From contig NC_045697.1 in NCBI RefSeq assembly GCF_009834535.1, forward strand, positions 104,596,001 to 104,660,000: a stretch of DNA of 64,000 nucleotides. Direction: 5' to 3'. Source of the DNA: Camelus ferus (taxonomy: Eukaryota). Both the position numbers and the translations under genes were made by a program. The notes below the pieces were generated by a model that did no database searches, had not been told where the DNA came from, and worked only from the letters and a program-made list of their open reading frames with translations. Shown here piece after piece: positions 49,861 to 62,467 of this stretch (its first letter is position 1; every line of letters starts with the position of its first letter).

Positions 49861-50738
49861 GCACATGAAAAAATGCCCAATATCATTAATTAACAGAGAA
49901 ATGCAAATCAAAACTACAATGAGGTATCACCTCACACTGGTCAGAATGGCCATCATTAAAAAGTGCACAAACGACAACTGCGGGAGAAGGTGTGGAAAAA
50001 AGGGAACCCTCCTACACTGTTGGTAGGAAGGTAGTTTGGTGCCTATGGAAAACAGTACGGAGAATCCTCAAAAAACTAAAAATAGACTTATATGACCTAG
50101 CAATCCCACTCCTCGGCATATAACTAGAGAAAATTTTAATTCAAAAAGACACATGTACCCCAATGTTCATAGCAGCACTATTTACAATAGCCAAGACATG
50201 GAACACCTAAATGTCCATTGACAGATGATTAGATAAATAATGGAATACTACTCAGACATAAAAAAAGAATAAAATAATGCCATTTGCAGCAGCATGGATG
50301 GAACTGGAGATTGTCATTCGAAGTGAAATAAGCCAGAAAAAGAAAGAAAAATACTATATAATATCACTTATATGTGGAATCTTAAAAAATGACACAAAGG
50401 AACTTATTTACGAAACAGAAACAGACTCACAGACATAGGAAACAAACTTATGGTTACCAGGGAAATGGGGGAGGAGGGATAAATTAGGAATTCAGGATTT
50501 GCAGATACAAGCTACTACATATAAAATAGATAAACAACATGCTCATACTGTATAGCACAGAGAACTATATTCAATATCTTATAATAGCCTGTAATGAGAA
50601 ATAATATGAAAAGGAATATATATATGTATATAAACTGAATCACTATGCTGTACACCAGAAATAAATACAACTTTGTAAATTGACTATCCTCCAATTAAAA
50701 ATTTTTTTAAATTAAATAGAATAGATAGCTTACAAAAA
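49861..50738 (+). mobile_element. 5'-truncated LINE-1 (ORF2 C-terminal remnant plus 3' UTR; second of the tandem pair)
   Basis: agagaaatgcaaatcaaaactacaatgaggtatcacctcacactggtcagaatggccatc (REMQIKTTMRYHLTLVRMAII, the ORF2p C-terminal motif), then the 3' UTR. Confidence 0.93.
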
Positions 50739-51175
50739 AAATGATTACAACATAATAAGACTAGCTTTTTCTTTAATATGATTCCTTAATTAGTCCCAAA
50801 GCTAATTACAAAAGAAGTTCCTAAAATGTTTAGAACAATAGCAGTATGGCTGAAAGAAGTTGTCTAGCTCTCCAATGCAAGCAATTCTGAAAAGGATGGC
50901 TGTCATTTGAAGACATGTATATACATATTTTAAAGAATAATAGGTTATCCTCACCTTGATTTTTTTCACAGGCACTCCATGCTATTGGTGACTAGTTAAG
51001 GGGAGCTGGCTGTTCTTTAGCTTGCTACAGGGTAAATTTTTATTCAACAATCCCATTTTTGGAGTGATCAAAAATACAAACTCTAAAATACCTTCCTAGA
51101 ACTCTACTTAAGTGATCTCTCCAAAAACAAACTTAAAACACTCACATGGATATACAATCTGCAAATCAGTGTATA

Positions 51176-51774
51176 CGAAATGGAGCAGGACCCTGTGGGG
51201 TCCTCCCTTGTACAAATTCTTTCCGTGTCCCCCATTTCTTGTTTGTAGGAAATAGGCTTCATTCAGCCTCCTTGACCTTCCGTGAGTTCCAAAGGGCAGT
51301 TTCAAACAGTTGCTTACCAGGACAAGGGAGGGAATGCAGGAACAAGGGAGGGACAGACAAAAAACAGCAGTGCAGCCATGGGGCAGGGTCCTGGTTCCTC
51401 CTCAGGGAACATACAAAACAATATATATTTGAGTTCTTTTGCAGGAACTAAGGCCCCTACACAGGTGGAGGATGGTAACTTCAGGCTGAGGACCAGATTC
51501 CTGGAGCATCGCCCTATTACTTCACCTCAAACCAGTCAGGAGAAAGTCTGCATGCAGTGGAAGATAATGAAGACTCTGACCCCCATCCCAAATGAGTCTC
51601 CCTTCTAAAACTTTCATGGCCTAACAGAATCTTTGGAGTTGGTTTTTGGACATAAGTCCACCATCTCCCCAGCTTTCTGGTCTCCTCGAATAAAGCAGCT
51701 TCTGTTCCTACCAGCACTTGTCTTTTGACTATTGGCTTTCAAGCGGTGATCAGCCCAACCTGAGTTTGGTAACA
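51176..51774 (+). mobile_element. ERV1-type solo LTR
   Basis: Starts (c/t)gaaatggagcaggaccct, contains AATAAA, ends agtttggtaaCA. 4-bp TSD tata on both sides. Confidence 0.8.
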
Positions 51775-54769
51775 TATATGCTATTCACAACAGATAAACC
51801 TACATTAAGTGTACATATGACTATTAACAAAATGTTAAAATACTAAGTCTACTAACTAGAATTTACATTTTCAGTTTCAAAGTTTTATTTCCAAAGTTTA
51901 ATTTCATTAAGCATGTCTATGATTGGGTTGCAAGAATGGCATGTCCTGGAATGTTAGGTGATATACAAATTAGTTTAAACAAAATTTGTATTTGGCCCCC
52001 ATAGAGGTGTTTTGTTTTTTGTGTTCCTGTCGATGACGAAATGCAGAAGGAAATCATCACACCTGGCACCTGTTATGCACCAAGAACTAAACACGGCACT
52101 GGCTTAATCTTCTCAACATCTCTGAGCTAAATAGTTTTATTCCTATTTATAGATAAAGACACTCAGGTGTGGGGATTTAAACAGCAGAACAAAGGCATTT
52201 CACTGGCAAGTGGGAGAAATGCGTTCAGAATTAGCTGACCGCCCCAAGAAAAAAGCCAAAGTCCACACCCATGGAGTGAAATGCAAGTATATCTTCCCAC
52301 AGAAAACCTTTTTTTCCCCCGAAAAAACTGATGTTGACATACCCCCTAATTATTTTTTCATTAATCTGAATAATTCTTTTGCCATACTTTTCTCCAAAAT
52401 GAAATAGTGCAATTATCTCCCCATCTGGGAAAATAAAATGTTCTGTGAATTTTTATCTTGTTATTTATACAAGGAAGCCTTTGCAAACCAGTTAAGTGCT
52501 TGAACCAATTAAGCATCTGAGTGGGACTTATAAAAATAAAGCAATCTAAATAAAGAATTGTTGAAATATATAGAACAAAGGGGGAAAAAATGATCCTTAG
52601 TTAAAAGATACCACGAGACTTAACCACCTATGGGGGTAATAGGTTAAAGATTTAAATTAGGAAAACGATAAAGAGAAGATCCTTTAAATAAAATGAAGAG
52701 GAAATTGAGAATCAATGTCAGGGCATTTCATTTGACCTCAGAGACATATTTTACTGGTGACTTTTTTGTTTTTTAAACTGTTTCTGTTGGGTTTTTTTTT
52801 TTCATTTGTTAATGGCCCCAATTTTCCAGCTTATCTCCCAGTTTATTCTGCCTAGTAAATCTTGTTCATTTGCAGCTTTTATTTTCTTGTTCAGCCCCTA
52901 ATCGCTGACGACTTGAAAAGAAACAAACTAAAAGATGTCATTGGATTAAATAAGGAATTGTTTTCATCATCTTCAGGGATAGCAACTCAACTTTAAAAAT
53001 AAATATAAGCTTTACAATATTCTGTGAGATTCTTGCCTTATTTTTATGAGGGTTTCATTGTTATAGCCTTCTGTCTTCACCATTGCTAAAACTAACACCA
53101 CTCCAGTCCTAAAAGGGGTTAAACCTAAAGTGACTGATATTTTGACAGTGATGTGGCAAAAAAAATGGTCTTATCCAGAAATTTTTTTCTTTTTTTTAAC
53201 TGAATAAATTTGACAGGTGATAACCAAAAATTCAGACTTGTGAATATGTTATCTGAGGAGTTCTCAAAATCTCAAAATTACTTGCATAATTCTGGCTTTT
53301 TTGTTTTCTGTAAGTCTGCATCTGTTTTTATGCCAAAAGGCTATGCAGAAACTTGTATGCATGGCTCATCTTGAGTTGACATCTCACGAAGCAGAGCTGA
53401 GTACAGAATTTTCTTTCACTTCAAAGGGCATCCCACAGGGTGCAAAGAAAGAAGGGATTGGGTGCTTCCAGCCAAACATTGCCCTCTGGCACTCATACTC
53501 AACTCCCCCGGGATGGAATAGGGCAAACTCTGGCCCCTTGAAGCTCTAGGTAACATTTCCCACAACCCCTGACTCATAAATATTGACATTTGGGAAAAAC
53601 AAGAGCAGAAAAGAAAAAGGGGAGGGGGGAGGGGGAACCTTCCTTGAAAAAAAAAAAAAAGTTGTTTCAAGTTGGAATGTTCATATATTTTCCAAAGTCT
53701 GATTTTTATCAAAGATACTACTAGGATTTTAAAATAAAATATACCTTATGTTGGTATTTAAAAAAACAGTCTTATCCATCAACAACTGCAGAAAATAGGA
53801 AACAAAACTTTCGACAGAGTTTTGTTTTGTTTTGCTTGCCATTAGGAAAATAGTTTTAACTAACAGGACTGAGGTAAACGCAATTTTTTTCTAAAAAGAA
53901 CTATAACAACATTCTCAGAGAAATTTTTTTGCTGAATACCAAATTTTTTAATCATAGTGAATTTGGAATTCTTTTTTTTCAGCAAAACCTTTTCTTCTTC
54001 TTTTTAAATGTTTGTCTCAACCCACTCTTTTCTTCAAAAAACAGAAATAATATGGTTAACTAAGACCTCTGAGAATTCTTCAGACCCTAGTCTGTTTCCA
54101 TTGTGGAACTACAGTGCAACCTGGTGGTGATTACTGTTATTACCATGGTTTACGCTTGTGAATGGCCAAAATTAACCGGAAATAAAAGAATGTCTTGTAT
54201 TTAGGCTTTTAGAAAGTAAATTACAAGGAAAAAGCACAGTAGAGTGGCTCTCTTAAATTTTAATTGTGAGTAGAGCTTTTTATAATTTTTAATATAATAT
54301 ACCTATAAGAACAGTTTTGTAAGATTACTGATGAGTCATTGTGTAAACTGATACAATTTTTAACATTCATATACCTTCACAATAATCTCTTTCCTGACGT
54401 TTGAAATTATATGAAGAATGTTTCAAAAGCATATAAGAGGCTAAGTATTTTTAAGAAAGGATAAAGTAAACTAAATAGTTTATCAGCTTTTTGAGGATTC
54501 TTTTCCTCTTCGTGTCTTGGGTATGAGAAACACCATCAAAAGAAAAAAAAAAAAAAGATGGATTTGTTATAAGACTATTCCCCCTAGCCTTGAAATTTTG
54601 GCTAACAAGAATTAAATAAGTTCATGTTCATTCTTAAAGAAGGCATGCATTTCTGATTTTTTACCCCCTAAATGAGAAGACAGTTTGATATGCTTTTCTT
54701 TCACAGCTAGCAACAACACTGATGCAAGACTTTATGGACAAACCAGTGATTCACAGTAATTGTAGTCTT

Positions 54770-54950
54770 TTATGTGTTTACGGTACTTTACACCCATTCT
54801 CTTATCTAATTCTGTCAACAACCCTATAAATTGAGGATCAGTGTCTCCATTTTACAGATTAGAAAACTGAGGCTTAGGGATATGAAATAACTTATTCGAA
54901 GTTACTCAGCTGGTGAGTGACAGAGGAGGAACTGAACCCTTCCCCCAAGC
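54770..54950 (-). mobile_element. MIR SINE
   Basis: ccattttacagattagaaaactgaggcttagg core. Confidence 0.75.
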
Positions 54951-55232
54951 CCATGTTCAGGGTCTGGTGCATGGTAAGCCCTCAATAAAGAATTGTTGAT
55001 TCAGTGAACAACTGTACCTATTGCAAGGATAGTAAAGGTAGTAAGTCTAGATTAGATCCAAATTACAATTACATCTAGTAATTTTTCCAGTAAAGCTTAG
55101 ACATACTTCCCTTGCTTTTTATACTCTTTAGAGTCTCCTAAGTGCCTCCTAGTTTCCAGAAAAGAACAAAGCAGCAATACCAGGCAGGATCACTGAGACT
55201 CACACCTGGGCTGTTTCATCCATGAGGAACTA

Positions 55233-55690
55233 GCAGGGGATCTTCACAACTTTGGGGCTGTAGATCCCTTTGGAAATCTGGGGAAGTTTCTGGAACCCAT
55301 TCCAAAAAAAAAAAAATCTTTTAAAATACATTACAAAGGAAGTAAAATTTTTTTAATAAAAATTTTAAAATATTTAAAAAACTAATTAGTAATGTATGTG
55401 TTCATTTATTAATGCATTAAATAATGATATCTAGCAGTAAATTTAATACCTACTGTATTGTCAAGGTAATAATGAATATAAATGATACTTTGAGATATCT
55501 GTAACCCCTGTAATGTGGTCTTACTCTATCTGTGACTTCTATTGGTGAAAGAGACATTGTTAATGTTAATGTGATATTTGATTTATATTCATAATTAAAG
55601 AAAATGCCAAATTTCAATTTTAAGTTAATGAAAATTAAAATTTCTTTCTGTCCAAGGCCATAGGCTCCTCAGTCTCTTAAATTAAAGTAT
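55233..55690 (+). mobile_element. hAT-Charlie-type DNA transposon fossil
   Basis: cagggga.. terminus and gatccctttggaaatctgg; collinear with the 10440-10921 copy in opposite orientation. Confidence 0.65.
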
Positions 55691-56305
55691 CAGGGATAAT
55701 CTTAAATGAGACAAATCTTTTTATAAAAAACTAAATTATAAAAACTAAATTATAAAAAAAATCTTAAATTTAAAAGATGCCTACTGCAAATATATATTTA
55801 CATATATAGTGAATATATATAATACATATATATAACCCTTTGATTAATATGTGAAATATTCACTTCAAATGATCTGATGAGAGGCAAGGTTCCAAAATTA
55901 TACATGTCTAGGACATAAAATGGTATTAAAATAGCCTTGCCTGAGTCTTAGGACATTAATCCAAAAATATTGATTAATTACCTGTCATAATAATCCCTTT
56001 TGAGTTAGAAAATATTTATTGAGCAGCTACTGTGTACTAGACATTATTCTGAGAGCTTTAGGAAATAGGTGGAAAATGGGTAATTTTATTTCATGTTTCT
56101 ATAGCACTCTATAATTTTCACAGCAGTTCTATACACACCCTTCATTCATTCAAGCCTAATTACAATACCAAGAAGTAAGCAAAGTAGGGTCTGGAGACAT
56201 TTATTAATTCCATATTCCCACAATAACCCCCACTCCAGACATATGGTAGATACTCAAAAACTGAAAACACTGCTCTGTCCTTATGCCTTAAACCAGCCCC
56301 TAAAT

Positions 56306-56879
56306 TAGGGTTGCCAGATAAGATGTATAAAGCTGAATTAAATTTTAATTTCAGATAAACAACAAATATTTTTCATATAAGTACATTCCATACAATATTG
56401 CAACACACACTGTATTTGTTTGCCAAGGCTACCATAACAAAGTAACCCAGACTCAGGGGTTTAAACAGAAATGTATTTTCTCACAATTCTGAAAGCTGGA
56501 AGTCCAAAATCAAGGTGTCGATAGAGTTGGTTTCTTCTGAAGCCTCTGTCCTTGGTTTATAGATGTCCGTTGTCTCACTGTGTCCTCACATAGCCTTCCC
56601 TGTGTGTGTGACCATGCCCTAATCTCTTCCTATAAGGGCACCAGTCATATCAGATTAGGGCCCACACTAGTGACCTCATTTTATCTTAATTGCCTGTGTA
56701 AGGATCCTGTCTCCAAACACTGCCACACACTGAGGTACTGAGGGTTAGGACTTGAACATACGAATTTGGGGAGGACAGAATTCAGTCCATAACATGCACT
56801 AAAACATTATTTTTGTTTATCGAAAATTCAAATTTAACTGGGCATCATGTAGTTTTATTTGCTCAACCTGGCAACCCTC
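56306..56879. mobile_element. MER53 palindromic hAT MITE split by an MLT1 LTR
   Basis: Terminal inverted repeats tagggttgccag / ctggcaaccct. Arms aattttaatttcagataaacaa / ttgtttatcgaaaattcaaattt. 8-bp TSD-like ccctaaat / ccctgcat. Confidence 0.85.
56411..56794 (-). mobile_element. MLT1 (MaLR) solo LTR nested in MER53
   Basis: TG..CA termini (tgtatttgtttgcc..cagtccataaca). 5-bp flanks cacac / tgcac. Confidence 0.88.
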
Positions 56880-56884
56880 CCCTG

Positions 56885-57266
56885 CATTTCCTCATCTGAG
56901 AGCTCTCTCCACTGCAGGAACTCAACCACGGGTAGGAATCGGCCAGCAGGGCAGGGAAGTTAGGCCCGGAGCAGCCAGCAGTCAATGATGGATGTACTTC
57001 GGTGGATAAAGGCATTAGCTCCCTCCCTCTGAGGGGAGACAATTCTGAGTATGTTCTACAAAGCATCCAAGAGGCTCTCTGTGGGTTGGAGCCCCAGCCG
57101 TGATCAGCATTTACTTGTCCGTTAACACACCCACCCTGGTTCCTCCCCTTCTGCATCTCACCCTCCCACTCCCCTCCTGCTTCTCCTCAGTCACCTCCCA
57201 AGTAAACCTTCACGTTTACATCCTTGTCTCAGGATCTGCTTCTGAAGGAACTCAACCCGAAACAAA
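56885..57266 (+). mobile_element. Old ERVL-type LTR (LTR16/LTR33-like)
   Basis: 3' signature cacctcccaagtaaac..ccttgtctcaggatctgcttctgaaggaactcaaccc. Confidence 0.6.
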
Positions 57267-58155
57267 GGATTGTCTTGGCTTCAGCCACAAGCTGAACTGA
57301 ATCCTCGTTTTCGGATAAGAGACAGACCAGATGCTGAAGGGTGGATCGGGGTGGGCCTTTGTTCCCTTGCTGGGCACTGCCTCTACCTACCAGCCACGAC
57401 TCTCCATTCATGGACCTGGCTGCGGGAGAGCCCCTTTACAGGATACTGGCTAATCCTTTCAACGCTCAGAGTTTTTCTGAGTCTCACAGCTATGGCAAAT
57501 GTCTTTCCTTTGAGGTAAGTTGAGAAACATACTATTTATCATGAAAAGATAACTGGCAACTCAAGAGAGTAGGTTGACATGTATACTAGGTAGCTCAGAA
57601 AAGAAGTCTCATGACTCTTCTCTGGAAGAATCTGAAGAGATAAGAGAGAACTGGAATAATTAGGGAAGTCTTCCCAAGGGAGGTTGGACTCGGGCTGAGT
57701 TTTGGTGGATGTGGTCGATTCAGCTGTGGGAAGAAGGGCCGGGAACAAGTTCTGGGGGAGAAGGGTGGATGAGGGCAGTGCAGGAGCAGGGCTGGACATG
57801 TGTAATGTAACCACACACAGACATTTGGCTGGAGGACAAGGGTACAGGGGACAAGGACATATTACGAAGTCCTGGGAATGCCGAGTAAGAATTACGGAGT
57901 TTATCTGAATACTTATGTGCAGCAAATGAAGGTTGTTAAAAGAAGAGAATTGACATGATCAAAATAAGACATAATCAGATTCACCTGTCAGTGGCTTGCA
58001 GCAGAGACTGGTTAATAGACACCTGGCAGTCCCTCCCTATGACAATATAGACCCAGCCAGGAATAATGAACAGGAAAGTGTAGACGACATTACAAAGGAG
58101 TTATCACACCTGAGTCACTGAAGAGTCAGCGAGAAGGAAGAATGAAGAAAACTGC

Positions 58156-58403
58156 ACCATCAACCAATCAGAGAATTGTGCACGAGCTGATCACATAGCT
58201 TGTGACGCCCCTCTCTCACCTGGCCTTTGAAAATGCTTTCCTGAAACCCACCAGGGAGTTTGGGCTTTTTTTGAGCACTAGCTGTCCCGGCTCCTTGTCT
58301 GGCGCCCTGCAATAAACACAGCACTTTCCTTCACCACAACCCGGTGTCAGTAAATTGGCTTTACTGCGCTCAGGTGAGCACACCCCAGTTTGGTTTGGCA
58401 ACA
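58156..58403 (+). mobile_element. Partial ERV1-type LTR (3' half), same family as 61670-62150
   Basis: Shares catcaaccaatcagagaattgtgcaYgagctgatcacata and cactttccttcaccacMacccggtgtca with the 61670 copy. Has AATAAA and ends ggcaaCA. Confidence 0.85.
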
Positions 58404-59111
58404 ATAGCAAATGGATATGTTAGGCAGTTTTAACAAACTCATCATGAGTTATCATCAACCTGTTCTTCACAACTATATATAATGATATGATAAAATCTAT
58501 CATTTTTCTGCTCCAAGAACATTATTTGTTGCCTTGCTATTTCCCTTCATCTTCTGTCTTTTGTTTAAGGAATGCAAAGGATCTCAGGGTAAAAAATAAC
58601 TGTTATCATTTCGGTTTGTATGCAAGAGAAAGAAATAAACCAGCTGCAGCCAGCAGGCTTCGGAGAGGCACTTATTACAGGACTTAGACCTCACACAAAC
58701 GTGGGAGCAGCTGAGGAAGTGCAGTCAGAGGATCTGAGAATGTCACTAGCTGGCCCTCCGAAAGCACTGGCATGAGGAGGTAGGTTGGAGCTTGCAGGGA
58801 GATCTGAGGAGCAACCAAGCCCCGCCCCATCAGTGGGATCACCAAAGGGGAGATCCCAGAGAAATCTGTGGGAAGGAGGTCCCTCTGTGCAGCTATCACT
58901 CTGTGGGCCCGCAGCCGAGCTCTGGGCAGGGGAGAAGGGAGCTGAGTCTGCTTTGGGTGAGCAGGGCCAGCAGTCAGAAAGGTGAGCTGGACAGAGTGGA
59001 AGAGAGCAAGAATCAGGTGGGACCCACAAACACCTCGGTTTGACCAGGACACCCTTTCGAGTATAATGGTCTGTGCTTCCCTTCAACTTGCAAAATCTCT
59101 TGGAAGTTCCT

Positions 59112-59522
59112 CTTTGGCCAACATGAAGGAGAAACAAACAAACAAACAAACTGGCTTCCCCGATGCTAAAACTGTTTACTGATCACTAATAGCTTTAACC
59201 CAGAGGCTATGCCCCAGGAAGGAGGCTGGTAATCTCAGAAGAATGGACAGACCCTCGGGAGTTCCTCCTGAGGCCAGGAAGAAGAGGAATGCAGCACCCT
59301 ATAAAACCCCCTGATTGTTATCACCTTTCCTGTCCCAACCCATTTCTCCATAAAACCTCAGGACCCCAACCCCAAGATGAATTCACAGTCTCAAGGCACT
59401 AGCTGGCTGTGACTCCCTTTGCCTGGCAAAGTAGTAAAGCTGTTCTTTTCTAATTTCCCTAAAACTCTGCCTCCAAGTCTCAATCTGGTTTTCAGGGTAC
59501 AGAGGCTGGTTTTGCGGCAACA
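59112..59522 (+). mobile_element. ERV-type solo LTR
   Basis: TATA-like ataaaacc, poly(A)-like agtaaagctgttctttt, end ttttgcggcaaCA. The 5' boundary is uncertain. Confidence 0.6.
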
Positions 59523-60084
59523 AACACTAACCCAGAACTGTGCATGGAAGAAGATTCTGGGAAACATCATTCCCAGCTTAAGGAAGCTTCCATTAGGTAA
59601 TTCAGCAGACTACAGAAGAAAAAGAGGAATTTGTTATGAAGATCCTGGGGTGGCTCAAGGAACTGAGGTCAGGAATGTTGCTGGGTCTTAGGAAGAGTTG
59701 GAAACAGGAACACAAACCCCATCGGGGCTCTTGGGGTTCTTGTCTCTCTTGCTGCCCTGCCCTTACACGCGCCTTTCCCAGTATCTCTGCAGACTAACCT
59801 GTTCCCCTGCAGGAAACCCATGCTAACTGCTGACAGCTCCTGAGCTCTACTTCTTACAGCTTCTTTAGATGTGCTCACTGGAGAGAGGCCCTCTCAGCTC
59901 TGCCCCTTGATAGCTTCAAGCAAGAAACTCTGAGAAAGGACTCATTGGCTAGTGGGCTGAGTGATGTTATAATGTAGCTGCTCCTGCTGTACCAAGTGGA
60001 TGGGGAAGGAAGGAACAGTTTCTGGAAGACAATGGAGAGGATGGGGCAAAGGAGCTCGTAGGTGTCTACTGCATGGGGAAGTAC

Positions 60085-60275
60085 CATATAATAGGCTCTA
60101 TGTGAAGAGCTTTGTGCGTATTATCTCATTTAATGCTTGCGTCAACCCCCTTCGGTTACTGCCACTCTCGTTCCCATTACACATGAGGAACTGAGGTTCC
60201 AAGAGATTACATCTTACCCAAGGTCCCAGAGCTTGTAAGTGGTAAGGTTGGTCTGGCTCCAAAGAGTGTTCTTTA
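60085..60275 (-). mobile_element. MIR SINE
   Basis: attatctcatttaat..cccattacacatgaggaactgaggtt..acccaaggtc. Confidence 0.7.
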
Positions 60276-61208
60276 TACCACCCAGTGGTGGCCAGTATTT
60301 CAGGGAGCCTCAGGAGCTCTGTTTGTCATTATGTGGTGGCCTTTCCCCCGACATTGCATTTCAACAAATCTTATCCTTTTTCTAAAAAGTTCTTAAAACC
60401 CACCATATTGGACTTCCTCCTTTCTCATTTCACAGGGAGCAGAGACACAAAACGACCACCCAGTCTACACGTCTGGAGAAAAGCTCTGACTCCTGGCACA
60501 GAGCTCTCTTCCCTGTTCCACACTGGCCCTTGACCCTGGCTCATCCACTGCAGGAAATATTATCAGAACTACTTTTAACTTCTTACTTGTAGCAAGAGAA
60601 CAATCTGTGTTTACTCTCAAGTTATATTTAGTTTGGCACAATCGAAACCAAAAGCCATACTTGATATAATCATGTAAATTGCTATTGACACTACTTCGGA
60701 CTCAAGAACCTTCTTCTGGAAAGAAAGGTCAAAGCGTAAATGGAACAACAGCTTGGAAGTTGTTTCTTTTCTTCCCAGAATTTCCGTGTAAATGACAACT
60801 AATATATATTGGTAGGCTATGATAAAGCACTGTGCCAAGTGTAATAGAAAAAAGTGAGTGTATAAAGCACAGTCCTAGCCATTTAAAATTTGATTGAGTG
60901 GATATAATACATAGAATATAATCAATTCTTTAGGTGGCCTCTTCGAACCATGAAATGTATGATACAGAATAGGGAGTAATCACTGAGGTCTGGAACAGTC
61001 AGAAAAAGTATCATGGGGAGAGAGGAGTTGAAAGCCTGAACTTTTATCTAATATTTATTCCTTCAATCATTCATTCACTTATTCCGAATTCATTCACTCA
61101 GTATTTTTTGAGTTGGGCATCACACTTAAATGCATGTAAGACTAAATGCACAACGGTGTACAGGCTGGATAAGAAGTATCAGAGAATCAGAAAAGATATT
61201 TTCCCACT

Positions 61209-61633
61209 TGCTGACAAAAAATTATTCAGTTGATCTAAGAAAGAAATGGAAAATTTTATTTGAGCCAAATTGAGGATGATAACCCAGGAATAGCCTCTCA
61301 GAAAGCTCTGAGAACTGTTCTGCCCCTCAGAGGTCGAAGCGCAGTTATATAAGGTTTTGAGACAGAGGGCTGTACATTAAGTGACATATTATTGACAGTT
61401 TATACAGTCTAGTGAGTAGTGGGTCATGGGTCAACACGGCCCCTTAACAAGATTAAGAAGGAATGTTATCTTTTAAGGAGTTGTCTTGTTGGTATTTCTG
61501 AGGATGGGGAGGTTTGGTAGATGCATAATACAGATATGCACAGTAGAGGGAAGAGAGGAGTCCAAAGGGCAGAGAAATGTTCTTATGTTTAAATTTTTCT
61601 TGTCTTGCCATAAAATATGAATTTTATTCCACA
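61209..61633 (-). mobile_element. ERV-type solo LTR on the minus strand
   Basis: Minus strand reads TGtggaataaaattc..ccttatataac (TATA)..ttggctcaAATAAAatttt..gtcagCA. Confidence 0.7.
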
Positions 61634-61669
61634 ACTATCAGAACAGTAAATTCAGCTGCATACTCTTCA

Positions 61670-62150
61670 TGTACCCGAGCAGGACCCTATCTGGCCTTTC
61701 CTGGGCAGACCCGTCCCCCAATCCTCTGCTGTAGCTCCTCTCTGAAGTACCCAGATAACAGTATCTGATGCATATTTCCTGGGTTGTTTTACAGGTGCTA
61801 AAAGCCCCACCAAATGGAAGACCTTAACTATTTGATGACCGTGAACACATAGCCCCCAGACCTACTGGCACCTAAGGATTCATAATGTTAACTCCTGTGA
61901 CCTCACCCTGTTACCTCGCCATCAACCAATCAGAGAATTGTGCATGAGCTGATCACATACCCTGGGACCCACCTCCCTCACCTGGCCTTTAAAAATGTTG
62001 TGCTGAAACCCATCAGGAAGTCCTAGCGTTCTGAGCATTAGCTGCCCGGGACTCTTTGCTTGGCGCTGCACTTTCCTTCACCACCACCCGGTGTCAACAG
62101 ATTGGCTTTACTGCATGTGGGTGAACAGACCCAAATTTGGTTTTGTAATA
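61670..62150 (+). mobile_element. ERV1-type solo LTR
   Basis: TGtacccgagcaggacccta..CCAAT box..ccaaatttggttttgtaata. Homologous to 58156-58403 and, at its 5' end, to 51176-51774. Confidence 0.85.
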
Positions 62151-62424
62151 TAAGATACCTAACTGTTTCTTGAAGAAAGTGTTCCAGTTAAACTAAATAA
62201 ATCTTTTTTTTTTAAATCAGCAGTAAACTGGATTACGTGGTCTCCACAATAGATATTATTATACATTGTATGTGTAATACATAACATAATGTTTATAATA
62301 AATAAATAATATGAATGTTAGAAGTATGAGTTCCTATCAATAGGCTTCCATGATAAGAAAGTGTCTAGCTTTATAAAATATTTTTGGGGAAAAACAAACC
62401 AGCTAGATCTAAGAATTTGTAACT

Positions 62425-62426
<2 letters not shown>

Positions 62427-62463
<37 letters not shown>
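62427..62463. repeat. (AC)18 microsatellite
   Basis: Perfect dinucleotide run. Confidence 0.97.

Positions 62464-62467
<4 letters not shown>

Noticed and set aside
58684..59182. Cluster of overlapping ORFs up to 152 aa between LTRs (possible retroviral gene)
   Set aside because: No gag/pol/env motifs and no primer binding site after the 58403 LTR end. The flanking LTRs are not a matched proviral pair.
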